DNA of 64,000 nt from Calditrichota bacterium (GCA_008501765.1 QQUE01000007.1:606186-670185); one strand, 5' to 3'; counted from the stretch's first letter, positions 47,853-56,619 are shown. Made by a program: numbers and translations. The notes: generated from the letters alone by a model not told the origin.

Positions 47853-49226
47853 TTAAAATGTTTCTACATGCACGTGGTGATTGATGCGTGTCTTATTTAT
47901 CAACGCCGGCCAATAACTGACGATTTCTGTTGCTTTTGGACGCCCACCTGCAAAACCGGTGACGCCGGGAGGCCCGCTGGTCACCAACGGAACAATCTCC
48001 ATGGCAAACCGGTCAACTTTGGCCCGGTCAGCATCTTTGACGCCGACACGCAGTACAATTTCATCACTTGTGGCCGGCTCAACTGCAATACCTGCATGGC
48101 AGACCGCAGCGCCTAAAAATTCAACCATTTTATTGGCTTCTGAGAAAAAAACATTTTCATAGGCAAGGCGTTTCCAGATGATATCTGCACAAATTTTTGC
48201 TTTTTCCAAAGCATCCGGTCCGGCGATTGTCAGTTGGCCAATTGCTTTGTAGCCATTGGCATAACTGGCTGAAACTTTGAGAAAATCGGTCGCTTTCTTG
48301 CCTCGAATTCCATAAACCCGAACGCGGTCTTTTCCCTGTTCTTCGAGTTTGACGGTCGTAAAATCCACGACAACATCCGGGGTGATATAATTTTCCGGAT
48401 CCCCCATTTCGTACATCAATTGGGAGGTAACAGATTCAATACTGACCTCGCCACCGGTTCCGGGGTGTTTGGTGATGCAAAACTCGCCATCGGCCTTCAT
48501 TTCGATGATCGGATAACCTATCATCGCAAAATTTTCTATTTTTCGCCAATTTGTGTAGTTTGCCCCGGTGCATTGTGCGCCACATTCGACAATGTGTCCA
48601 GCAACTGTGCCGGCCGCCAATTTATCGTAATCATCAAAGTGCCAGCCAAATTCATGCACCATTGGGCCCAGAACCAAAGCCGGATCGGTGACACGCCCGC
48701 AAATAACGATATCTGCTCCCTGATCCAGCGCGTCGACAATTCCTGCTGCGCCAAGATAAACATTGGCCGATGATATTTTTGACCGCACATCCGACCAGGA
48801 TGCTCCGGTATCCATGTTTTTAAACTTTTCGCCGGCGCCTTCCATTTCATCGATGCGGTGCAATATATCATCGCCGGTGACAGTGGCTATTTTTACTCCG
48901 GAGAGCCCAAGCTTTTTTACGACCGCACCAGCGGCTTCGAGGCAGGCCTGCGCGTTCACCCCGCCAGCACTGGCAATTATGCGAACACCTTTTTCCTGCG
49001 CTTCCGGCAGAATGCGCTCAAGTAATTTGATAAAATCTGTTGCATAGCCGGCGTCCGGGTTGCGGGATTTCAGTTTCTGCATTATGCTCATTGTCACTTC
49101 AGCAAGATAATCCAGAGTTAAATAATCGATGGGACCTTCACGCAAAAGACGGATTGGGCCAAGAATGGAATCACCCCAAAATCCCTGGCCATTGGAAATG
49201 AGTACTTTTTCTTTTTTGTTTTTCAT
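47853..49226 (-). CDS. Acyclic terpene utilisation AtuA family (DUF1446) protein
   Basis: 457 aa. 'NGQGFWGDS', 'DYLTLDYLAEVTMSI', 'GGVN...ACLEA', 'VICGRVTD' are typical of DUF1446. Confidence 0.7.
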   Translation of the reverse strand: MKNKKEKVLISNGQGFWGDSILGPIRLLREGPIDYLTLDYLAEVTMSIMQKLKSRNPDAGYATDFIKLLERILPEAQEKGVRIIASAGGVNAQACLEAAGAVVKKLGLSGVKIATVTGDDILHRIDEMEGAGEKFKNMDTGASWSDVRSKISSANVYLGAAGIVDALDQGADIVICGRVTDPALVLGPMVHEFGWHFDDYDKLAAGTVAGHIVECGAQCTGANYTNWRKIENFAMIGYPIIEMKADGEFCITKHPGTGGEVSIESVTSQLMYEMGDPENYITPDVVVDFTTVKLEEQGKDRVRVYGIRGKKATDFLKVSASYANGYKAIGQLTIAGPDALEKAKICADIIWKRLAYENVFFSEANKMVEFLGAAVCHAGIAVEPATSDEIVLRVGVKDADRAKVDRFAMEIVPLVTSGPPGVTGFAGGRPKATEIVSYWPALINKTRINHHVHVETF

Positions 49227-49307
49227 TGACTCTGTATCATTTTAAGTTTGAAAAAAAATTATTTAAACACTCCAAATACAGCTGGAAATTCTGATTTGAG
49301 TAAAAAA

Positions 49308-49376
49308 CAGACCACAAGGATCTGGACTACAATTTCAAAATGAATGAATAATTTGTAGCCAACCCCCTTGTGGGGC
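49308..49376 (-). terminator. Long hairpin terminator after the carboxyltransferase gene
   Basis: 'ccacaagg..ctggactacaa / ttgtagcc..ccttgtgg' inverted repeat, followed on the minus strand by 'gtttttt'. It lies 50 nt after the stop at 49427. Confidence 0.55.
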
Positions 49377-49426
49377 ACTATCTGACCAGAATTTTAGAAT
49401 TTCTAACCAATCAAAAAAAATCATTT

Positions 49427-51091
49427 CTACATGCGCATTACACCGGTAATATAGGGCGGTAAAACCACGTTGTGCGCGGCCATTTCCAACCCGTTTATCA
49501 AAGCCGGGCGTGTTTCACGCGGATCGAGAATATCGTCTACGACAAGGCGGGCTGCGGAATAATATGGCGATGCTTCGTGCGCATATTTATCAACTAATTT
49601 CTCACGAAATTTGGCACGCTCATCATCATTCAGATTTTTTTTGGTTAATAAAACCGTGTCGGCTGCAATGCCGCCATCCATCACTGCGAGGCGGGCTGTC
49701 GGCCAGGAATATATCAGGCGCGGATCGTAAGCTTTGCCGCACATGGCGTAGTTTCCAGCACCAAAACTGTTGCGCAAAACGACGGTAAATTTGGGCACGA
49801 TTGAATTGGCCTGCGCATTGACAAACTGCGCCCCATCTTGAATTATGCCGTTGGATTCCGCCATTTTTCCGACCATAAAACCAGTTACATCTTGTAGAAA
49901 AATTAATGGGATACGCCGCTCATTGCACAGCATGATAAATTGCGTGGCTTTGTTCGCCGAATCACTATAAATGACATTTCCGAGCTGCATTTGCGGCGGC
50001 TGAGCTTTGCCAAAGTTATCCGGGGGCATTTGCTTTTTTACTGCCTTGCCCTGATTGGCGACGATGCCAACTGAAAAACCACCGATGCGGGCGAAAGCCG
50101 TAACCAAAGTAAGGCCAAATTTGGCTTTGTACTCCTGAAAGCGACTGCCATCAACAATGCGGGCAATTATTTCTCGTGCTTCGTAAGCTCCCGAGAGATT
50201 TTCCGGCAAAATACCGAGCAATTCATCGGGATCGTAGGCGGGATTTTCACTGGCGATGCGATCGAAAGGTGAACTTAGGGCTGGGCCAATCGCAGCCATT
50301 TGATCGCGAATCCATTCGAGGGCTTCGTCTTCGTTGGCAAATTCATAATCAGCCACGCCACTCACCGTATTATGCATGGTTGCGCCGCCGAGTGTTTCCA
50401 TGTCAACATTCTGGCCCAGGGCAGAGCGGACAAGAAAAGGCCCGGCAAGGAACATACTGGCATTTGCCGTTACCATGCCAAGATCGCTGGACATGCCGGG
50501 CAAATAGGCGCCTCCGGCAACACAAAAACCGAAGACGCAGGAAATTTGTGGAATCCCCATCGCTGCCATTTTTGCGTTGTTGCGGAAAACCCGGCCAAAA
50601 TGCTCGCGGTCCGGGAAAATTTCTGCCTGCCGCTCGAGATTCACGCCTGCAGAATCCACCATATAAATTATGGGGAGATTGTTTTCCATGGCCAATTCCT
50701 GCGCACGCAGGTTTTTTTTGCAGGTCATTTCGACCCAGGCCCCGGATTTTACCAACGGATCATTGGCAACGATCACCGCTTTTTTCCCAGCAACAGTGCC
50801 AATGCCGATGATAGTTCCGGCAGCTGGATAGCCGCCGGGAATATCTTCGTACATTTCATATGCAGCGAAAAGGCCAACTTCATAAAACGGGGTGCCGGGA
50901 TCGAGAATTTTTTCGATTTTTAGACGGGCTGTATATTTTCCACGCTTTTTCAACCGTTCGATGGCGGTTGGCGCATATTCATTTATTTCCTGACGGCGGC
51001 TCTCTAAAGTTTTAAGCAAGGAAAGCATCTTTTCCTTCCTTTTGACAAACTCCAAAGCGCCGGAATCCAACTTTGATTGATACTTTTTCAT
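49427..51091 (-). CDS. Acyl-CoA carboxylase carboxyltransferase (beta) subunit, MccB/AtuC-like
   Basis: 554 aa with two crotonase-like CT halves. 'VANDPLVKSGAW', 'SCVFGFCVAGGAY', 'FLQDVTGFMVG', 'GAGNYAMCG'. Confidence 0.9.
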   Translation of the reverse strand: MKKYQSKLDSGALEFVKRKEKMLSLLKTLESRRQEINEYAPTAIERLKKRGKYTARLKIEKILDPGTPFYEVGLFAAYEMYEDIPGGYPAAGTIIGIGTVAGKKAVIVANDPLVKSGAWVEMTCKKNLRAQELAMENNLPIIYMVDSAGVNLERQAEIFPDREHFGRVFRNNAKMAAMGIPQISCVFGFCVAGGAYLPGMSSDLGMVTANASMFLAGPFLVRSALGQNVDMETLGGATMHNTVSGVADYEFANEDEALEWIRDQMAAIGPALSSPFDRIASENPAYDPDELLGILPENLSGAYEAREIIARIVDGSRFQEYKAKFGLTLVTAFARIGGFSVGIVANQGKAVKKQMPPDNFGKAQPPQMQLGNVIYSDSANKATQFIMLCNERRIPLIFLQDVTGFMVGKMAESNGIIQDGAQFVNAQANSIVPKFTVVLRNSFGAGNYAMCGKAYDPRLIYSWPTARLAVMDGGIAADTVLLTKKNLNDDERAKFREKLVDKYAHEASPYYSAARLVVDDILDPRETRPALINGLEMAAHNVVLPPYITGVMRM

Positions 51092-51229
51092 GAATTTCCC
51101 TACATCGATGATTTCGAACGAGTTTCAGAACAAGAATTACCAGGACATGAACTATTTGAACCAAAACGAGAAGTATCGCACAATTTCAAAAATAAGTAGT
51201 AACTATCCGTAAATAAAATAATAGTAATT

Positions 51230-52927
51230 TCAACGAATATCCCGAATTCGCAACTGAGTTGAAATTCGGCCTTGCCACTCATTTTCTTCGATGTAATATG
51301 CAATCTCGATATCATCCGTATTTCCGCGCAAGCGGTGCAGCAATCCACCCAAATTAAATCCGATCGCGTCGATCGCTACATTGTCTTGCGATGCCCGGAA
51401 ACGCAAATGATTGTTGCCTACTATTGACGCTGATCCCACAATTTTAATCCCTTTACTCGAAAATACCGGGCGGGGATTCTGCGGGCCAAATGGCGCCATC
51501 ATTTTTAGCACCTGCATAAATTTACTATCGATTTCCGGTAGCCGGATTTCGCCACTGACGCTCAGGAGGGGCACCAGCATGTCTTCAGTCAACTTTTCTT
51601 CAGCATATCCGTTCAGCCGGTCACGAAGTTCATTGATTTCATCTGAGTTAATGCTCAATCCGGCAGCATATTTGTGACCACCAAAAGCCAGCATTAAATC
51701 ATTGCAGGATTCCAAAGCTTCGTAGACATCAAAACCGTGAATGCTGCGGGCCGAACCTTTGCCGACACCGTTGTCTGTGGAAATCATCACAGTGGGACGG
51801 TAATAGCGTTCAACCAAACGGCTGGCAACAATGCCGATAACTCCCTGATGCCATTTTTCTGAACTGAGTACAAAGAACGAATCATTCTCAGGGTCGCACT
51901 CTTTTTCCACCATGTCGATGGCTTCGTTAAAGGTTTGCTCGTCTATGCTGCGGCGTTCCTGATTGGATTGCTCCAGTAAATTGGCAATTTCCTGTGCTTC
52001 ATCCGCATCCGAGGACGTGAGCATGCGGACAGCTTTCATCGCATCACCCATGCGGCCGACAGCATTAATTCGCGGCGCCATCACGAAGATAATTTGCCCG
52101 GTCCCCAATGTTTTTCCGAGAAGATTTGTATTGCGGAGCAGCGATTTCAAGCCGAGGTTTTCGGTCCGATTCAATTGCTCGAGCCCGGCACGGGTTAATA
52201 TACGATTTTCATCCATGAGCGGAACGATATCAGCCGAAGATCCGATAGCCACAAAATCGAGAAATGGGAAAATAAAATCCGGTTCAATTTCCGATTTTTG
52301 GATCACCCCCTGCATCAATTTAAAGGCAACGCCAACACCGGCCAATTCCTTGAATGGATATGGACAATCGGGCTGTTTGGGATCAAGAACAGCCACCGCA
52401 TCCGGCAGCTCATTCGCTGTTTGGTGGTGGTCACTGACGATAACATCGATGCCTGATTCTCGGGCATATTTCACCTCATCGACTGCCGTTATTCCACAGT
52501 CGACTGTGATAATCAGATCGATATTTAGGCTTTGGGCATGTTCAATGCCGCCACGGCTCAAACCATAGCCATCCACGAGTCGGTTGGGTATAAAATAATG
52601 CACGTCGTGGCCAAGTTTTCGGAAGATCGAAACAAGCATGGCTGTCGACGTTATGCCATCGACATCATAATCCCCATAAATGAGAATATTTTCTTTATTT
52701 TTCAGGGCTTTGAGTATCCGCTCAACACCCGCTTCCATCCCCAGCATTAAAAATGGGTCATACAAATCTTCCAGACCCGAGCGAAAAAAGACCTTTGCAT
52801 CATCTAAAGTCTCAATGCCGCGGTGATAGAGAATATTGCTGAGAATCGGTGGTAATGTCAGTTCTTGAGAAAGTTTGTTTATTAAATCTATTTCTTCTAT
52901 TTCTGTCCTTTGCCATTGCAAGTTCAC
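51230..52927 (-). CDS. recJ: Single-stranded-DNA-specific exonuclease RecJ
   Basis: DHH motifs 'IYGDYDVDGITS', 'ITVDCG', 'VSDHH', and DHHA1 'GGHKYAAG'. Confidence 0.92.
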   Translation of the reverse strand: MNLQWQRTEIEEIDLINKLSQELTLPPILSNILYHRGIETLDDAKVFFRSGLEDLYDPFLMLGMEAGVERILKALKNKENILIYGDYDVDGITSTAMLVSIFRKLGHDVHYFIPNRLVDGYGLSRGGIEHAQSLNIDLIITVDCGITAVDEVKYARESGIDVIVSDHHQTANELPDAVAVLDPKQPDCPYPFKELAGVGVAFKLMQGVIQKSEIEPDFIFPFLDFVAIGSSADIVPLMDENRILTRAGLEQLNRTENLGLKSLLRNTNLLGKTLGTGQIIFVMAPRINAVGRMGDAMKAVRMLTSSDADEAQEIANLLEQSNQERRSIDEQTFNEAIDMVEKECDPENDSFFVLSSEKWHQGVIGIVASRLVERYYRPTVMISTDNGVGKGSARSIHGFDVYEALESCNDLMLAFGGHKYAAGLSINSDEINELRDRLNGYAEEKLTEDMLVPLLSVSGEIRLPEIDSKFMQVLKMMAPFGPQNPRPVFSSKGIKIVGSASIVGNNHLRFRASQDNVAIDAIGFNLGGLLHRLRGNTDDIEIAYYIEENEWQGRISTQLRIRDIR

Positions 52928-52960
52928 AATTATCTAAACTCCTTATCAATGTAAAGCACA

Positions 52961-53360
52961 TCCAAAGTAGGCCTGTAAGCCGAATTCTGTATCCCCAAAA
53001 TCGGGGTGACGGTCATTTATCTAGCCTCGCCATTGCTGACGGGGTCAAGCAACCTACCCATTCCGTTACGCAGAGCGAATTGAGCGGACAACTCTTTTTT
53101 CCCAAAAAGCGGGAAACACGGAACCTATTTGGTCTTGCTCCGGGCGGGGTTTACCATGCCCCCGAATGTCACCACCGGGGCGGTGGGCTCTTACCCCACC
53201 TTTTCACCATCATCCCGAAAATTCGAGACAGTCTATTTTCTGTGGCACTTTCCTCCGATCACTCGAAGTCGCCGTTAGCGACCGCCCTGTCCTTTGGAGT
53301 TCGGACTTTCCTCCGCAAAGTACCGTAGCACCTTGAGGCGACCGTCCGGTCTACTTTGGA
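52961..53360 (-). ncRNA. rnpB: RNase P RNA, bacterial type A
   Basis: The reverse complement carries 'GGAGGAAAGUCCGAACUCC', 'GGUGAAAAGGUGGGGUAAGAGCCCACC', 'GGUAAACCCCGCCCGGAGCAAGACCAAAUAGG' and 'ACAGAAUUCGGCUUACAGGCC'. The P1 stem is CCAAAGUAG/CUACUUUGG. Confidence 0.93.
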
Positions 53361-53375
53361 TGTAACTTTATTTAT

Positions 53376-54101
53376 TTATTTTATTGTTAATTCTTCTTCA
53401 TCTTGCCAATACAGGATGCGGCCACAATGCTCGCAAACAATCAAACGGTCCGCTTCCCGCACTTCGATTATTCGCTGTGGCGGAATATTGGTGTAACAGC
53501 CGCCGCAGGAACCACGATCAATTGTAACCAAAGGAATTCCGCCTTTGGGTTTGCGAATACGCTCATAAAGCCGCAAAAAATCGATTCTGATTTTTTGAGA
53601 AACGTCTTTGCGTTCTTGTGTCAGTTCTTTTTCTTTATCCGCATTTGCTTCAATTGTTTTTTTAAGTTTTATGGAAGTTTTTTCGAAATTTTCTTCTGTC
53701 TTTTCCAGTTTTTCAGTCGCGTCTTTCACCGATTCAATGGCTTCTTTTTCTTCATCAAGGAGCTCGATTTCTCTATTTTCGAGATCATCTATTTTTGTGA
53801 TCGTCGTGTCGATTTCAAGTGTCACGGCATCGTACTCTTTGTTCGTCTGTACGGCATATAGCTGCTCGTCATACTTTTTCTTGTTTTCCGCAAGGATAGC
53901 AACATCCGATTCAATTTTTCGCAATTCTTTTTGCAATTCTTCAAGATTCAATTTATTCTGAGAAAGTTCATTTCGCGCTGCCTCAAGCTCAAGCTCAGCT
54001 TTTTTCACTTTTTCAGGCAGGTTGCCTTTGGCCAGTTCAATATTGTCCAGTTTTTTATCTATAGTTTGAAGATTTAGCAGGTCAATGATGGATTCTTTCA
54101 A
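53376..54101 (-). CDS. Coiled-coil C4 zinc-ribbon protein (COG1579/DUF164-like)
   Basis: 241 aa. Long Glu/Lys-rich coiled coil, then 'CGGCYTNIPPQ...CEHCGRILY'. Confidence 0.7.
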   Translation of the reverse strand: MKESIIDLLNLQTIDKKLDNIELAKGNLPEKVKKAELELEAARNELSQNKLNLEELQKELRKIESDVAILAENKKKYDEQLYAVQTNKEYDAVTLEIDTTITKIDDLENREIELLDEEKEAIESVKDATEKLEKTEENFEKTSIKLKKTIEANADKEKELTQERKDVSQKIRIDFLRLYERIRKPKGGIPLVTIDRGSCGGCYTNIPPQRIIEVREADRLIVCEHCGRILYWQDEEELTIK

Positions 54102-54230
54102 GGGTCGTTCCTCTTTGGTTTGGAGGCATTTGGAGAAGAGCGGTTCATCGAAAAATCATATTTCACCAAATACCACATATCAATTAAATCAACATATTTT
54201 TAAATCTAAATGTTTCACAAAAAAAAATGC

Positions 54231-54261
54231 ACCTCAATGGGTGCATTTTAAAATATTTCAA
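54231..54261 (-). terminator. Orphan Rho-independent terminator in the 920-bp gap
   Basis: Hairpin 'atgcacc tcaatg ggtgcat' with 9 T on the minus-strand side and 4 T on the plus-strand side. No annotated gene feeds into it. Confidence 0.5.
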
Positions 54262-54614
54262 GTTGAAGTTTGTACTTTATCTTCCACACTGAATAGTGAA
54301 AAGAGGTTTCGCTTTGCCTGTTCCAACGATATATCTGTCTTCCTGATTAACACAGCACTTACTCCAGTTGTTTTTTTTCAAAGAAAAGATCAATGATAAT
54401 AGTGATCCGGGGTGTAAAAATCAAGACTATTCTCAATAAATACCATCTACCGGATTATTAATATTTTTCACTTAAATATTTAAATTTTTATATCTGAAAT
54501 CCTATGAACTTAAAAATGCGAAGTTTTGGTTTGATGACAGAATTTATCGATTCGGAATTTCTCTAAAAATTAATTTATTAAGCTTCAATTTCACCTGTTA
54601 AACAACCGGGCAAA

Positions 54615-54803
54615 TCTAATTTAATGTGAGTTCGACATAAGGAAATTGCACTAATATGTCTCGTCATTCCGGTTTCTCAAACGATGAACTCGAACTAAAG
54701 TTGATGTGCTACCAGAGAGGTCCCGGCATCGCGTTGGCACGCAAGTCAGGATGACTTGTTTTATATTCAATCCGGGCATACATCAAACTCACGTTAGTTT
54801 AGA
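54615..54803. repeat. About 190-bp long inverted repeat enclosing a GTCATTCCGGT...GGATGAC element
   Basis: The arm 'tctaatttaatgtgagttcgacata' pairs with 'tacatcaaactcacgttagtttaga' (about 25 bp with mismatches). Inner local hairpins are present. Confidence 0.35.
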
Positions 54804-55021
54804 AATCCACCTGCCGGAAAAATATAAAATTTAAATCACCGGTCACTTTGGTTGTATTTATTATCTTTGTCCACCTGGATAATTATGGCATTTTTCTTAA
54901 CTCGAGCATTGTTTACCTAAAATATTGAGTGTAAAAACATTGATATTCATAAATAGAATTATACCTTAAAATAAAGAATTTATGTCAGTCATCCTTCGTC
55001 GTGTTCGCGAAAGGGGAAATT

Positions 55022-55765
55022 ATGCAGATTAGAAAAATATTTTTCAGGTCGCTCATTTTATCATTCATAATCGTGGGGTACGTATTTGGACAAAAACCAA
55101 TTACTTATACCGTAAAAGGACAGGTATTGTCCCTGACGGATCAGCTGCCTCTCCCCGATATTAAAGTTGTTTTAAAGGACACGGACTACAGTGCAGTGAC
55201 GGACTCACTGGGTGTATTCCGCATATTCGGAGTTCGGCGTGGGATCTATGATATCGTTGCAAAATATCCTGATTTTGACGCCACGATTTTAAAAAATGTG
55301 GCTATCCCCCCTTCAACAAAAAAAGAATATATTTTTAATTTAACCTCGAATGATAAACAATTGCCCTACGTGGATACCCGGAGAGATGGCAATTATGGCG
55401 TATTAAAAGGCCAGGTTCACGTTAATATTGATACCTTCAAAACTTACTTTTCCGACGGCCGCCTGCTGCTCCGCGCTGCAAAAGCAGGGGAGCTGACGCG
55501 CAGCTACCTCTATCCTCGATATTTTGAAATCTTGCCTGTTTCCGAGCAGAATTTTCGCTTTCAATTTAATTTACCACGCGGACAATATTACCATTTGTAT
55601 CTGATTTGGCAGGTCGAAAAAGAGGCTTTTGTCTTCGAGCAAATTGTTGATGTAGCGCGCGATGAAATCAACCCCGAAATGGCCAAAAAGTTTAACTTAA
55701 TTGAATTGGATCAAATGACAAATATAATTTTTTCACTCGAAACCCGGAAACTGCGTTCGCAATAA
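55022..55765 (+). CDS. Carboxypeptidase-regulatory-like domain secreted protein
   Basis: Signal peptide, then 'YTVKGQVLSLTDQLPLPDIKVVLKDTDYSAVTDSLGVFRIFGVRRGIYDIV' (CarboxypepD_reg pattern). ATG at 55022 has a GGGGA RBS. Confidence 0.55.
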   Translation: MQIRKIFFRSLILSFIIVGYVFGQKPITYTVKGQVLSLTDQLPLPDIKVVLKDTDYSAVTDSLGVFRIFGVRRGIYDIVAKYPDFDATILKNVAIPPSTKKEYIFNLTSNDKQLPYVDTRRDGNYGVLKGQVHVNIDTFKTYFSDGRLLLRAAKAGELTRSYLYPRYFEILPVSEQNFRFQFNLPRGQYYHLYLIWQVEKEAFVFEQIVDVARDEINPEMAKKFNLIELDQMTNIIFSLETRKLRSQ

Positions 55766-55770
55766 AAAAA

Positions 55771-56619
55771 ATGAATAATCAAAACAATATGTTGGTTGGA
55801 TTGGCTTTAAGTGGTGGTGGCATCCGGGGTGCAGCCCATATTGGCGTGTTAAAAACTCTTCTGGAAAATGAGGTACAAATTGATGCTCTGGCCGGCACAA
55901 GCGCGGGAGCCATGGTGGCGGCGTTGCACGCATTTGACGTGCCAATAAAAACGATGAGCAAACTCATTTCCAATTTAAACTGGTTTAAGATTTCCAATTT
56001 CGGCTTTCCGAAACTTGGCCTGCTTTCAAACGAAGAGCTGGGCGGCCATTTTATAAATTTAATTGGCGATGTCAATATCGAAGATGCCAAAATCCCGCTC
56101 TCGATTGTTGCGACTGATATTTCAACAGGGGAAAAAGTAGTTTTGCAGCGAGGAAATCTCGCCCGGGCTATCCGCGCCAGCGCCAGCATTCCCGGCATGT
56201 TCAAACCTGTGGAAATTGAAAAAAGATTATTGGTTGATGGCATGCTGGTGGAAAATATTCCAGTATCTCCCCTGTTTGAAATGGGCGTCCCCTGCGTGCT
56301 GGCTGTCGATTTGAGCGCAGATCACAGCTACATAAAACCGGAAGGCATCATCGATGTAATGATAAATGCTTTTGAAATTGCTATCGATTCCAATATTCAA
56401 TATCAGATACAAAAAGCGGATTATGTTATCGCGCCCAACCTTGCCAAGTTCAGCCGCACCGACCCTGATAAAATCCCCGAATTAATTAAAGCCGGCGCCT
56501 GCGGTACAAAATTATCTATCACTGAAATTAAAAAACATGTCGAGCAAACTTACCGGCGGCACTCAAAAAATCCGTTGTTGTTTTTGCCCCAGTGGCTGGA
56601 GGATAAATTGGGGGATTAA
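55771..56619 (+). CDS. Patatin-like phospholipase
   Basis: 'LALSGGGIRGAAHIGVL', nucleophile 'GTSAGA', catalytic Asp in 'LVDGM'. Confidence 0.85.
   Translation: MNNQNNMLVGLALSGGGIRGAAHIGVLKTLLENEVQIDALAGTSAGAMVAALHAFDVPIKTMSKLISNLNWFKISNFGFPKLGLLSNEELGGHFINLIGDVNIEDAKIPLSIVATDISTGEKVVLQRGNLARAIRASASIPGMFKPVEIEKRLLVDGMLVENIPVSPLFEMGVPCVLAVDLSADHSYIKPEGIIDVMINAFEIAIDSNIQYQIQKADYVIAPNLAKFSRTDPDKIPELIKAGACGTKLSITEIKKHVEQTYRRHSKNPLLFLPQWLEDKLGD

Noticed and set aside
52849-53328. 159-aa plus-strand ORF in the ORF track
   Set aside because: It lies entirely within and antisense to the RNase P RNA gene (52961-53360). Its sequence is low-complexity with no motif. It is an artefact of the GC-rich structured RNA.
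54085-54396. 103-aa plus-strand ORF at the start of the 920-bp gap
   Set aside because: It begins antisense within the zinc-ribbon gene, reads straight through the terminator hairpin at 54239-54258, and has an atypical composition. It is not supported as coding.
54735-54752. Sigma-54-like 'TGGCACG' element
   Set aside because: The -12 'TTGC' element is absent at the required 4-5 nt spacing ('TGGCACGcaagTCAG'). It sits inside the inverted-repeat element.
54700-54760. Resemblance to SRP (4.5S) RNA ('ACCAGAGAGGUCCCGG...GUCAGGAUGAC')
   Set aside because: It lacks the invariant GNAR tetraloop context ('CCGGAAGG') and the 'AGCAGCC' symmetric-loop sequence, and the helix-8 pairing cannot be drawn.
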